Positions 36,670 through 45,594 of a stretch of DNA of 64,000 nt are shown here, in pieces (the first letter of the stretch is position 1; the number at the start of each line of letters is the position of its first letter). Source of the DNA: Actinomycetes bacterium. GTDB taxonomy: Bacteria > Actinomycetota > Thermoleophilia > RBG-16-64-13. Both the position numbers and the translations under genes were made by a program. The notes beneath the pieces were generated by a model, which did not search any database, had not been told where the DNA came from, and saw only the letters and a list, made by a program, of their open reading frames with translations. The DNA lies in assembly GCA_021372435.1 (NCBI GenBank), contig JAJFUK010000086.1, positions 7,307 through 71,306 of the forward strand, in the 5' to 3' direction.

Positions 36670-37692
36670 ATGGAGGGCGATCTCTTCATCGACTATCTGA
36701 ACTCGGTCAGTCCGGAGATCGACGAACACCTTCACCGTTATCTGGCCAAAGTCCCGCGGGACTCTACGCTTGACCGTTACCTGTACGGCATCCTGGATGA
36801 ATTCATCGCCCGGGGCGGCAAACGCACCCGTCCGGCTATGGCCATGTTGGCCTGCGAGGCGGTGGGCGGAGACCCGCGGAAGGCCATGTCCACCGGGTGT
36901 GCCATAGAGTTCTTCCATGCTGCGGCCCTCATACACGACGACATCATGGACGCCGGCCTTCTGCGCCGGGGCCGAAAGTGCGCCCACATACTCCACGGGG
37001 AGCCGTTGGCCATCAATGCCGGCGACTACGCGCTCGGGCTGGTCTGCACGGTAGTGGTGCGTGACCCGTTGCTGGACGATGCGACAAAGCTGGCGGTGGT
37101 GGACGTCATCGGCGAGATGAGCGAACACACGGTCGAAGGCCAAGCGCTGGACGTAGGCTGGGTGCGTGATGACATCTTCGACCTGACGCCGGACGACTAT
37201 CTCCAGATGGCCTTAGGCAAGACCGGCTACTACAGCGGGATTGCTCCGCTCAAAGCAGGAGCGATCATCGGTGGGGCGACCGAGCGGGAGATACGGGCGC
37301 TCGAGGAATTCGGCAAGAACGCCTCCATCGCTTTTCAGATCCAGGACGACCTCCTCAACATCCTGGGCGATGAAACGACCATGGGGAAGGACTATCTCAC
37401 CGACGTCCTCGAGAGCAAGCGGACGCTCATGGTCATCCACTGCCTCTCGGCCGCCAATGCGACGGACCGGAGCCGCCTCGTCGAGATACTACGGCTCAGG
37501 CATGACAAGACTCTCGTCGAAGCTGCGGAAGTCGTGCGTCTCTTGGGGCGCTACGGATCGATCGACTACGCCCGGCAGGTGGCACGCAGCCTGATCGTCG
37601 AGGCCCACTCGCAGTTGAGCGCGGTACGCGATTCGACGGCTCGCGACATCCTGATGTCGATGGCCCGCTACTTTCTGGACCGGGTCAACTAG
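36670..37692 (+). CDS. polyprenyl diphosphate synthase (GGPP synthase-like)
   Basis: FHAAALIHDDIMD (first DDxxD) and FQIQDDLLN (second DDxxD). Confidence 0.9.
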   Translation: MEGDLFIDYLNSVSPEIDEHLHRYLAKVPRDSTLDRYLYGILDEFIARGGKRTRPAMAMLACEAVGGDPRKAMSTGCAIEFFHAAALIHDDIMDAGLLRRGRKCAHILHGEPLAINAGDYALGLVCTVVVRDPLLDDATKLAVVDVIGEMSEHTVEGQALDVGWVRDDIFDLTPDDYLQMALGKTGYYSGIAPLKAGAIIGGATEREIRALEEFGKNASIAFQIQDDLLNILGDETTMGKDYLTDVLESKRTLMVIHCLSAANATDRSRLVEILRLRHDKTLVEAAEVVRLLGRYGSIDYARQVARSLIVEAHSQLSAVRDSTARDILMSMARYFLDRVN

Positions 37693-37700
37693 AGGCCCCG

Positions 37701-39326
37701 GTGGACGCTGAGACACAGAAAGCGTTGCGGGCGCTGCCCTCTGTCGAGGAACTGCTCAGCCATCCCGCGGCGGCGCCGCTGGTGGAGCGCTTCTCGCGGG
37801 CTGAGACGGTGGAGGCCGTGCGGGCGGCTGTGGATGCAGCGCGGACCGGCATCCTGTCGGGGATGGAACCCGGGACCGGGGGAACACTGCCCACCCGCGG
37901 AGAAGCGCTCGTTGTCGGCGCCGGGACGTCGTCCATCAAGCCGAATCCGACTCCTGAGGCGCTCTTGTCTCAGGCGGCCGCCCTGCTCGACGCATGGTCG
38001 CAGCCCAGCCTGCGCCGGGTCGCCAATCTCAGCGGGGTGGTGATCCACACCAATCTGGGTAGATCGGCCCTGTCCGAGAGGGCGGTCGCCCGGGTGGCCG
38101 AGGTCGCCCGCGGGTACTGCAACCTCGAATACGATCTGGCGTCCGGGATCAGGGGATCCCGGGAGGCGCATGTGGAGTCCCTGCTCAAGCGGGTGACCGG
38201 CGCCGAGGCGGCCTTCGCCGTCAACAACAACGCGGGAGCGGTACTCCTTCTCCTGATGGCGCTGGCTTCGGGACGGGAGGTGCTGGTCTCGCGGGGCCAA
38301 TTGGTGGAGATCGGAGGTTCGTTCCGGCTGCCGGACATCATCCGAGCCGGCGGTGTCCGTCTGATGGAGGTAGGGACGACTAATCGCACCCGTCTCGAAG
38401 ACTACGAGACGGCCATCGGTCCCGACACTGCGCTTTTGCTGCGGGTGCACACTTCGAACTACCGGGTCGTGGGCTTCACCGAGGAGGTGAGCCTGGCCCA
38501 GTTGGTCGAATTGGGGCATCGGCGGGGTCTGCCGGTAGCCGACGACCTGGGTAGCGGGGCTCTCAGTGACCTGGATGTGTTCCGGGGGGAGCCCAGCGTG
38601 GCCGCCTCTCTGCGGGGGGGCGCCGACGTGGTCTGTTTCAGCGGGGACAAGCTGCTGGGAGGTCCGCAGGCGGGCATCCTGGTGGGCGGGGCCGAGGTGA
38701 TCGGGCTGCTGCGCAGGCATCCTGTGGCCCGGGCGCTTCGGCTCGACAAGATGACACTGGCGGCCCTAGAGGCGACCGTGGAAGCATACCGGGACCCTGA
38801 GAGGGCCCGCCGGGAGGTGCCGACTCTCCGGTTCCTCGGTCGCGCCACAGAAGAAACCGCCGCGTTGGCTGCAGCCCTTCAGGCGGCCATCGAGCGGCGC
38901 TGCGGCGATGGCTTTATCCTCGAGGTGGAGGAGTCGAGCGCTCGGGCCGGCGGTGGCTCCATGCCCCTGATGGAGTTGCCGTCGCACGCGGTCCGCATCC
39001 GCTTCCCGGTGTCGTCCGTCCCGGGCGGGACGTTCGGAGGCACGGCCCGCCCGACAAAAGCGGCCGGAGGTCCGGGAGGGTCGGCCGGTGAGGAGGGGTC
39101 GACCGTTCAGACGACCCCGACCATGGCCGCCCTCGAAGCTGAGTTGCGGCGCGCGCCACTACCCGTCGTTGCGCGGGTGGCACAGGACAGCCTGCACCTG
39201 GATGTGATAGCGCTGGCGGAGCGAGATGTGGAGACCGTCGCCGAGAGCGTGGCGTGGGCGATCGCCCGAGTGGTGGAGGCGGCCGGCGCGGAGTCGGGCT
39301 CGCCCGACTCCGCGCCGGAACAGTAA
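37701..39326 (+). CDS. selA: L-seryl-tRNA(Sec) selenium transferase
   Basis: LRALPSVEELL N-terminus, NLGRS, and FSGDKLLGGPQAGI (PLP lysine). Carries a ~45-aa Gly/Pro-rich insertion (VPGGTFGGTARPTKAAGGPGGSAGEEGSTVQ) and a C-terminal tail, making it longer than usual. Confidence 0.92.
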   Translation: MDAETQKALRALPSVEELLSHPAAAPLVERFSRAETVEAVRAAVDAARTGILSGMEPGTGGTLPTRGEALVVGAGTSSIKPNPTPEALLSQAAALLDAWSQPSLRRVANLSGVVIHTNLGRSALSERAVARVAEVARGYCNLEYDLASGIRGSREAHVESLLKRVTGAEAAFAVNNNAGAVLLLLMALASGREVLVSRGQLVEIGGSFRLPDIIRAGGVRLMEVGTTNRTRLEDYETAIGPDTALLLRVHTSNYRVVGFTEEVSLAQLVELGHRRGLPVADDLGSGALSDLDVFRGEPSVAASLRGGADVVCFSGDKLLGGPQAGILVGGAEVIGLLRRHPVARALRLDKMTLAALEATVEAYRDPERARREVPTLRFLGRATEETAALAAALQAAIERRCGDGFILEVEESSARAGGGSMPLMELPSHAVRIRFPVSSVPGGTFGGTARPTKAAGGPGGSAGEEGSTVQTTPTMAALEAELRRAPLPVVARVAQDSLHLDVIALAERDVETVAESVAWAIARVVEAAGAESGSPDSAPEQ

Positions 39327-39336
39327 CCGGGTCGCG

Positions 39337-41406
39337 ATGGTCGCGGAGCATCCTCTCACCCTCGGCACGGCGGGACACATCGATCACGGCAAGACCACTC
39401 TTGTCAAGGCCCTGACCGGACGCGACACCGACCGTCTTGAAGAAGAGAAGCGACGCGGCATCAGCATCGAGTTGGGCTTCGCCGAACTGGTGTTGCCGAG
39501 CGGGCGGCACATCAGCGTAGTGGACGTCCCCGGCCACGAGCGCTTCGTCAAGACCATGGTGGCCGGAGCCACGGGGATCGATCTGTTCCTGCTGGTGGTT
39601 GCCGCAGATGATGGCGTGATGCCCCAGACGCGCGAGCATCTGCGCATCATCGAACTCCTAGGGATCCCGGCGGGCGCGGTCGCGCTGACCAAGATCGATG
39701 TCGTCGACCAGGACTTCGTCGAATTGGCCGGTGCCGACGTCGAGGAGTTCTTGGCCACCACCAGGTATGTGGATGCGCCCATCGTGCCCGTGAGCGGGGT
39801 CACCGGGGAGGGGCTGCCTGCGCTGCTGTCCGTACTGGACGAACTGGGAGCCCGTGTGCCCCCTCGTGCGGCCTACCCTGCTACCCGCATGCCGGTGGAC
39901 CGGGTGTTCTCGCTGAGGGGGATCGGGACCGTGGTCACAGGGACCCTCTGGTCGGGTCGCATAGGCGCTGAAGATACGGTGGCCATTCTTCCTCCGCGCC
40001 ACGGCCGGGGCTCGAGTGCGCTTCGCGAGGTGCGGGTGCGCAGCGTCCAGGTGCACGACCGGGAAGTCGCCGAGGCGGTCGGGGGCCGGCGGGTCGCGCT
40101 GAACCTGACCGGAGTCGACCGGGACGAGGTAGTCCGGGGGCAGTGGGTCGTGAAAGACCCCGCCATCGAGCCTACGTATCTCGCCGATGTGCGTCTGACG
40201 CTCTTGACCGACGCCGGTGCTCCGCTCCCCCGGATCTCAAGAGTCCGGGTAGATCATGGGACCGCTGAGGTACTGGCCAAGGTGGTGCTGGCCGACCGGC
40301 AGATCCTCAACCCCGGGGGGTCGTGTTACGCTCAGGTCAGGTTCGATGAGCGGTGCCTGGTGTATCCGGGCGATCAGTTCATCGTCCGCTCGGTGACGCC
40401 CGTGACGACCATCGGCGGGGGCAGGGTGATCGATCCGGCGCCCCGCAAGCACAGCACCGGGCAGCATTGGCACGATCGGCTGGCCGTTCTGGAGGACGGG
40501 CGGCCGGAGGCGGTCGCCGCCCTCCTGCTCCAAGAATCGTTCCCGTCGGGCCCAGTCCGCGGGAGGTTTGAAACGAGTCCGTACCTGTGGCCGTTCACAC
40601 CGGAGGAGACCCGGGAGGCGGTCGTTGCCCTGCTGGCCGACGGCCGTGCCCTGGCGGTGGGAGCGGGCGTCGGGGGACCGGGGGGCGAGACTCGGTCTGG
40701 AGCAGTAGGCCCGAACGTCCGCCTGTTCCACGGTCCCTCTCTGCTCGCTCTTACCGACGCGGCGCTCACGGCGCTGCGTGCCAAGGCTGATGATGACCCG
40801 CTCGATCCCTATCTGACCCTGGGAGACCTACGGCGCGAGCTGGCCGGCGGGAGGGGATCCCCGGCTCTTGAAGTGGCTCTGGACCGCCTGCAGGATGCCG
40901 GCGAAGCCATCCGGTCCGAGCACGGGTACCGTTGGGCCGGAGCGGCAGTGGCCGCGCGGGGTGCACAGGCGGAGGTCGTTGAGCGTCTTCTGGAGCAGTT
41001 CAGCGCCGGCGCCGCCGGCCAGGGCCCGACCGGTAGAGGTGAAGTTCTCGGGAGCACGGCTGCCGTCGTGGCTTCAGGAGCCGCTGAGACGCCCAGTGTG
41101 ACCGCGGCGGCTGAAGCAGTAGGGCTCACCGTGGAGGCCGCTCAGAAGGTGATCGATGCATTGGTGCGACAAGGGCGGCTGGTCAGGGTGGGTGAAGACC
41201 TCTACTACCCGCCCGACCGGCTGGAGGCGCTCATCGGCCGCATCATCGTCGCGATGGAAGCTGCGGGGCAGGTCACGCTGGCCGAGGTCCGAGACCTCCT
41301 GGGGACATCGCGCCGATACTCGCAGGCCCTGCTGGAGCACATGGATTCCGAGGGCCTTACGCTGAGGGTGGGGGAGGCGCGGCGCCTGCGTCGCCGGCGC
41401 CGGTAG
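39337..41406 (+). CDS. selB: selenocysteine-specific translation elongation factor
   Basis: Start ATG 39337 lies 10 nt after the selA stop. Motifs: GTAGHIDHGKTTL, EEKRRGISIELGF, DVPGHERF, LTKID. The long C-terminal winged-helix region ends RRYSQALLEHMDSEGLTLRVG (SECIS-binding domain pattern). Confidence 0.92.
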   Translation: MVAEHPLTLGTAGHIDHGKTTLVKALTGRDTDRLEEEKRRGISIELGFAELVLPSGRHISVVDVPGHERFVKTMVAGATGIDLFLLVVAADDGVMPQTREHLRIIELLGIPAGAVALTKIDVVDQDFVELAGADVEEFLATTRYVDAPIVPVSGVTGEGLPALLSVLDELGARVPPRAAYPATRMPVDRVFSLRGIGTVVTGTLWSGRIGAEDTVAILPPRHGRGSSALREVRVRSVQVHDREVAEAVGGRRVALNLTGVDRDEVVRGQWVVKDPAIEPTYLADVRLTLLTDAGAPLPRISRVRVDHGTAEVLAKVVLADRQILNPGGSCYAQVRFDERCLVYPGDQFIVRSVTPVTTIGGGRVIDPAPRKHSTGQHWHDRLAVLEDGRPEAVAALLLQESFPSGPVRGRFETSPYLWPFTPEETREAVVALLADGRALAVGAGVGGPGGETRSGAVGPNVRLFHGPSLLALTDAALTALRAKADDDPLDPYLTLGDLRRELAGGRGSPALEVALDRLQDAGEAIRSEHGYRWAGAAVAARGAQAEVVERLLEQFSAGAAGQGPTGRGEVLGSTAAVVASGAAETPSVTAAAEAVGLTVEAAQKVIDALVRQGRLVRVGEDLYYPPDRLEALIGRIIVAMEAAGQVTLAEVRDLLGTSRRYSQALLEHMDSEGLTLRVGEARRLRRRRR

Positions 41407-41552
41407 GGAAGCAAGGGGAGCCGTAGGGGCCTTGGTCCCGACGTATTCCCGGCGGTTCGTGACGGAGAGGGCGCGCCGGCCGGAGGGCGGCGTAAGATAT
41501 GATGGTCGGCTTAGGCGCGGCCCTTGGGGTGCGGCCCTTGTTCTAGCGATGT

Positions 41553-41649
41553 GGAGCGGCTTTCGGTCTGGTGGCCGGCCCGGTCTTCAAAACCGGTGTT
41601 GGGGGGTAGGCCCCTCCAGGGTGGGTTCGATTCCCATGCCGCTCCGCCA
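41553..41649 (+). tRNA. selC: tRNA-Sec (anticodon UCA), CCA encoded
   Basis: GGAGCGGC...GCCGCTCC forms an 8-bp acceptor stem. The D-stem is 6 bp (UCGGUC/GGCCGG) with a 4-nt loop. The anticodon loop is CUUCAAA. A long variable arm (GGGGGG..CCCCUCC) and a 5-bp T-stem with UUCGAUU follow, then discriminator G plus CCA. This is the 8/5 bacterial tRNA-Sec geometry. Confidence 0.95.
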
Positions 41650-41723
41650 GGGTCCGCGGTCGGGCCCAGGCCGTGGTGCACGATGTAGTCCGTCGGGTGT
41701 CTGCCGTGCGATTGGAGAGAGTG

Positions 41724-42227
41724 ATGCCAGACAAGGATGACCGGGATTCTCAAGATGAGTACTTCATGCTTTGGGTACTGATCGCCCAGACCAAGGACGC
41801 CATCCTGAAAGCGCGCGAAAGAGACTACGCGCGCTTCGGGATAAGCAATGAGAGAAGAGCCGTTCTCTGGGATATCCAAAACAACGGTGGATGTTCGACG
41901 CCTGCCGAGATAGCGCGGAACCTGTTTCGCGAGCTGCACTCCGTGACCGAGCTGCTCAAGAGAATGGAGAAGGATGGGCTGATCGCTACCTCCAGAGCTT
42001 CCGGCAGATCAAAAGTCGAGGTCCGACTTACAGACAAGGGACATGACATTCTGAGTCAATCCCTTCATAACGAGACCGATACGAGAATATTCTCCGTTCT
42101 TAACAAGAAAGAGCGCGAGCACCTGGCCTCATGCCTGTGGAAGCTGAGAAGCAAGGCCCTTCAGGATCTTGGGATCGCGGAATGGCGGATCAAGTTCCCG
42201 CTCAACGTCAACGGCAGACGAGAATGA
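41724..42227 (+). CDS. MarR-family transcriptional regulator
   Basis: Winged-HTH pattern: ISNERRAVLWDIQNNGGCSTPAEIARNLFRELHSVTELLKRMEKDGLI...KVEVRLTDKGHDIL. GC content is visibly lower than in neighbouring genes. Confidence 0.85.
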   Translation: MPDKDDRDSQDEYFMLWVLIAQTKDAILKARERDYARFGISNERRAVLWDIQNNGGCSTPAEIARNLFRELHSVTELLKRMEKDGLIATSRASGRSKVEVRLTDKGHDILSQSLHNETDTRIFSVLNKKEREHLASCLWKLRSKALQDLGIAEWRIKFPLNVNGRRE

Positions 42228-42232
42228 GGACT

Positions 42233-42251
42233 CCGGCCGGGTCCCCGGCCG
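42233..42251. terminator. GC-rich hairpin between convergent marR and SDR genes
   Basis: CCGGCCGGG TC CCCGGCCG forms a perfect short palindrome. There is no U-tract, so this is a weak call. Confidence 0.25.
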
Positions 42252-42285
42252 TCGTCGCGGTCGACGAGATGCGTCCGGCGGCCTC

Positions 42286-43047
42286 CTATAGGCACATCCC
42301 TCTGTCGATGACCAGCACCTGGCCGGTCACATAACAGGATTCGTCGCTCGCGAAGAACAAGATGGCGTTCGCCTGGTCGATCACTTCGCTCTCCCCGACG
42401 CTCATGTCGGTGTGTTTCGCGCAGATCTCTCTGAACTCCTGATCGAAGGTCGCCAGCTTTTCGGGAGTGTTGAACTCGGTCGGAGTGGGCCCCGGGCATA
42501 TCGCGTTGCAGCGTATCCCCATACCCGAGTACTGGATCGCTATGTTCCTGGTGAGGGCCTCGACCCCGGCTTTCGCCGCTGAATACGCGGCGCCGGAGTT
42601 GGCGTACTTGCCGCCTATCGATGACACGTTCACGATCGACCCAGACCCTGTCTCGACCATGTGCTTCAGCGTCTCCCGGCAGTAGTAGAAGACGCCGGTG
42701 AGATTCGTCGCTACGACTTCGTCCCACAGGGCGTCAGTGACTCTGACGGTAGGCGTGTGCCGGTCGGATATCCCGGCGTTGCAGACCAGGATGTCGATCC
42801 TACCGAAAGCGGCTACGGCCCGGTCCAGGACTCTTCTTACGTCTGTAGACGACCTGACGTCCCCTGGGAGGGCCAGCGCGCGACCCCCGGCCCCGCATAT
42901 GCTCGACTCGAGCGCCGCCAGCCTGCCCGGCCCGCGGGCTGTGAGGACCACGGCGGCTCCTTCTCGGGCGAACAACTCAGCCGTACAGCGGCCGATCCCG
43001 GCCCCGGCTCCGGTGATGATCGCCACTTTCCCCTCGAGTCTGTGCAT
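42286..43047 (-). CDS. short-chain dehydrogenase/reductase
   Basis: TGAGAGIG Rossmann motif, NAG, S...YSAAK catalytic set, and PGPTPT. Confidence 0.9.
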   Translation of the reverse strand: MHRLEGKVAIITGAGAGIGRCTAELFAREGAAVVLTARGPGRLAALESSICGAGGRALALPGDVRSSTDVRRVLDRAVAAFGRIDILVCNAGISDRHTPTVRVTDALWDEVVATNLTGVFYYCRETLKHMVETGSGSIVNVSSIGGKYANSGAAYSAAKAGVEALTRNIAIQYSGMGIRCNAICPGPTPTEFNTPEKLATFDQEFREICAKHTDMSVGESEVIDQANAILFFASDESCYVTGQVLVIDRGMCL

Positions 43048-43063
43048 GCCCGCCGGCTCCTCG

Positions 43064-43993
43064 TCACGGTCGCGCGCGGATGATATCCACCGCCTCTGGC
43101 TTCACCGTGCCATTGTCCCGCGCCCGGCCCCTCGCCTCCCAGAGCACCAGCAGGCTCAGAGCCGTGACGACCATCACCATGCCCGCGATCTCCCAGGGGC
43201 TGAGCTCCTCGTTCAGTTGGAGCCATGAGGCCAACACGCCGACGACCGGAGTCCCGATCGTGCCGATACCGGCGACGTTCGCCGACAGCGCGCCCAGTAC
43301 GTACAGCCACAGGATGGAACCGAGGGCGGTTCCCAGCAGGATACTGTACGCCAGCGACCAGATGAAAGTGCCCGACCAGTGGATGCCGTCGCCTGGGATC
43401 AGGGCTCCCAACACCACCAGGGGGATCGAGCCGCAGAAGGTCGACCACGCCGTGAACGAGAGCAGATCGACCTCCTGTCGCATCCTGAGGACCTTCGCAA
43501 CGACCGCGCCTGCCGCGAAGCATACGGCCGCCGCCAGGGTCAAGAGGCTGCTGGACAGCCCACGCAGTCCCCAGGGCTCGATGATGAGCACGAGTCCCAC
43601 CAAACCGAGGCCCACGGACAGCCATTGACCTCCCCGTAGTCGCTCCCCCAGAAGCACCCAGGCGAGGATGAGCAGCCAGAACTGCCAGGTGTTGGCGAGC
43701 ATGGCGGTGTGTCCTGCCCCCCCTACCACCAGAGCGGCGGAGGTCAGGCCGGTGAAGGCCCCGCCCTGCATGATCCCCACAAAGGCCGTGAGCCTCAAAG
43801 CCTTGGGTCTGAGGGGACGGCCGGTGGCCGGGAGCAGGGCGAGTAGAAGGATACCCGCCGGAAGGCTGCGAAGGGCCGCGAACATGAAGGCGCTGCTCTC
43901 CATGATGCCCAGCTTGCTGGGTACCCAGGAATACCCCCAGATGAAGGGGAGGATCGCGAGCACCAAGACCGGGAGATAGCGAGTCGACCGCAC
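43064..43993 (-). CDS. EamA/DMT-family transporter
   Basis: 309 aa with 10 predicted TM helices and two EamA-like halves. Confidence 0.85.
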   Translation of the reverse strand: MRSTRYLPVLVLAILPFIWGYSWVPSKLGIMESSAFMFAALRSLPAGILLLALLPATGRPLRPKALRLTAFVGIMQGGAFTGLTSAALVVGGAGHTAMLANTWQFWLLILAWVLLGERLRGGQWLSVGLGLVGLVLIIEPWGLRGLSSSLLTLAAAVCFAAGAVVAKVLRMRQEVDLLSFTAWSTFCGSIPLVVLGALIPGDGIHWSGTFIWSLAYSILLGTALGSILWLYVLGALSANVAGIGTIGTPVVGVLASWLQLNEELSPWEIAGMVMVVTALSLLVLWEARGRARDNGTVKPEAVDIIRARP

Positions 43994-44035
43994 CGCGCCT
44001 CCACTTCGCCGTCAGGTCGGACAGCCCCATCCGGC

Positions 44036-44046
44036 CATTCTAACAA
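44036..44046 (-). promoter_or_regulatory. candidate extended -10 (TTGTTAGAATG) upstream of DMT transporter
   Basis: Identical 11-mer to 32712-32722, ~44 nt upstream of the start at 43993. Confidence 0.35.
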
Positions 44047-44287
44047 CTGGTTCCAGGATGAGACCGGGAGCGCGCAGCGCCTCCCCGGCGGCGTGATGCG
44101 TTCTCGGCCTGCAACGAGTTCCGGCTCCGGAGGCCTGCGGCCTACTCAGGAGACCCCTGTAATGGTAATGTGGCGCCAGGTGGACGAGGTTCGACCGAGG
44201 CCCGGCCGTGTAGGATGCGGCGGCGTCGCGGACGAGCGATGCCGCCGGGTTGATGAGGATCACGGATAGGCTGCAAGGGGGACGCGC

Positions 44288-45397
44288 GTGAAGATCAAGG
44301 GTGCTGTGCTGCGGGAGGTCGATAAGCCGTACTCCTTCGAAGAGCTGGAACTCGACTCTCCCCATGCCAACGAAGTACTCGTCAAGTGGTTGTACACGGG
44401 CTACTGCCATAGCGATCTGAGCAACCTCAAGGGCCGGACGATGATGGCTCTGCCTCTGGTCGCAGGTCACGAGTGCGCGGGGCTGGTCGAAGCGGTGGGC
44501 GAAGGGGTGACCCAGGTCAAGAAGGGTGACCACGTGGTCGGCACCTGGATGGTCCCCTGCGGACAGTGCCCGGAGTGTAGGCGCGGTCTGGGCAATATCT
44601 GCTCGGGCAACTTCGGGCCCTTCGTGTCCGGAACCATGCTCGATGGGACCACCCGGATCAAGGATGCCAACGGCGAGCCCGTCCTTCACGGCAACTTCGT
44701 GTCGGGTTTCTCCGACTACACCGTCGTCCCCGAGGGCGGGGTGGTGCCCATACGCAAGGACATGCCGCTCGATTGGGCCTGCCTCCTGAGCTGTTGCGTC
44801 CCCACCGGTTGGGGAACCGTCACCAAGGCGGCCAATGTGCAGCCGATGGACAGGGTGGCCATCTGGGGGCTGGGGGGCGTCGGCCAGAACGTGCTTCGGG
44901 CGGCCAAAGTGCGCGGGGCCCATCCTTTGATCGCCGTGGATCTCGAAGAATCCCGGCGGGAGAAGGCGCTGGCGCTCGGCGCAAGCCACTTCATCTGCAA
45001 TGCGAAGGAGGATCCGATCCCTCAGATCCTGGACCTGACCGGCGGAGGGTGTGACTATGTGTTCGAGGCCGCCGGACAGGTCGGTGCGACCGAGCAGGCC
45101 TGGTGGGCGCTGCGTCCGGCCGGCAAACTGATGATGGTCGGCATCATCTCCCAGCATGAGCCGGCGAGGCTGCCTCTTACCTTCTCGGTGTTTCACCAGA
45201 AGGGCGTGATAGGCACCCTTTATGGGTCGGTCGCGGTGCAGGACGAGATCCCTAAGCTGGTCGAGCAGGCGATGAACGGCGAGTTGATGATCGACACGAT
45301 CATAGAGGGGTACTTCAAGTTCGAGGAGCTCAACGATATCGCGGAGAAGATGGAGAACCGGCAATTGGGCGGGCGCTGGATCTGCAGGTTGGACTGA
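44288..45397 (+). CDS. Zn-dependent alcohol dehydrogenase (mycofactocin-associated nicotinoprotein-type candidate)
   Basis: GTG start. Motifs: GYCHSD, PLVAGHECAG, and structural-Zn cysteines CGQCPECRRGLGNIC. Lies immediately upstream of mftA on the same strand. Confidence 0.9.
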   Translation: MKIKGAVLREVDKPYSFEELELDSPHANEVLVKWLYTGYCHSDLSNLKGRTMMALPLVAGHECAGLVEAVGEGVTQVKKGDHVVGTWMVPCGQCPECRRGLGNICSGNFGPFVSGTMLDGTTRIKDANGEPVLHGNFVSGFSDYTVVPEGGVVPIRKDMPLDWACLLSCCVPTGWGTVTKAANVQPMDRVAIWGLGGVGQNVLRAAKVRGAHPLIAVDLEESRREKALALGASHFICNAKEDPIPQILDLTGGGCDYVFEAAGQVGATEQAWWALRPAGKLMMVGIISQHEPARLPLTFSVFHQKGVIGTLYGSVAVQDEIPKLVEQAMNGELMIDTIIEGYFKFEELNDIAEKMENRQLGGRWICRLD

Positions 45398-45492
45398 CGG
45401 ACACGGCTCCATCTTGGATCGGGTAGTCGGGGGGATCGATCACGGCGCTTTTCTTGACGGAGGTCTTGTTGGATACGACACATGGTGACGGC

Positions 45493-45594
45493 ATGGGTCC
45501 CGTCTCTGAGGCGATCGGTGCGGACGGGCCGGAGATCCTCGAGGAGATCGAGGTCGAGGACCTGGCTGTCGACGGTATCTGTGGAGTCTACTGA
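45493..45594 (+). CDS. mftA: mycofactocin precursor peptide
   Basis: 33-aa ORF, below the ORF-track cutoff: MGPVSEAIGADGPEILEEIEVEDLAVDGICGVY. The acidic leader and C-terminal DGICGVY match the conserved IDGMCGVY core. Lies directly upstream of mftB/mftC. An alternative in-frame TTG start at 45469 lies 5 nt after GGAGG. Confidence 0.85.
   Translation: MGPVSEAIGADGPEILEEIEVEDLAVDGICGVY

Noticed and set aside
37689-38720. 343-aa minus-strand ORF
   Set aside because: It is antisense to selA, and its composition is low-complexity Arg/Pro/Gly.
41407-41552. Search for a small RNA or promoter between selB and tRNA-Sec (TAAGATATGAT at about 41498-41508; TTGTTCTAGCGATG just before the tRNA)
   Set aside because: Only weak hexamer resemblance was found. 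I could not support a specific -10/-35 pair or a structured RNA, so I left it unannotated.
42837-44030. 397-aa minus-strand ORF overlapping the SDR and DMT transporter genes
   Set aside because: It lies in an alternate frame of two well-supported genes and has a shadow-type composition.
44012-45412. 466-aa minus-strand ORF
   Set aside because: It is antisense to the Zn-ADH gene, which has unmistakable GHECAG and Zn-ligand motifs. The minus-strand product is Arg/Pro/His-rich with no motifs.
45454-45492. Promoter-like TTGACG ... TACGAC upstream of mftA, and the idea of a leaderless mftA
   Set aside because: The spacer is only ~14 nt, and the hexamers overlap a plausible RBS/TTG start. Co-transcription with the ADH gene is equally possible, so the evidence is insufficient.
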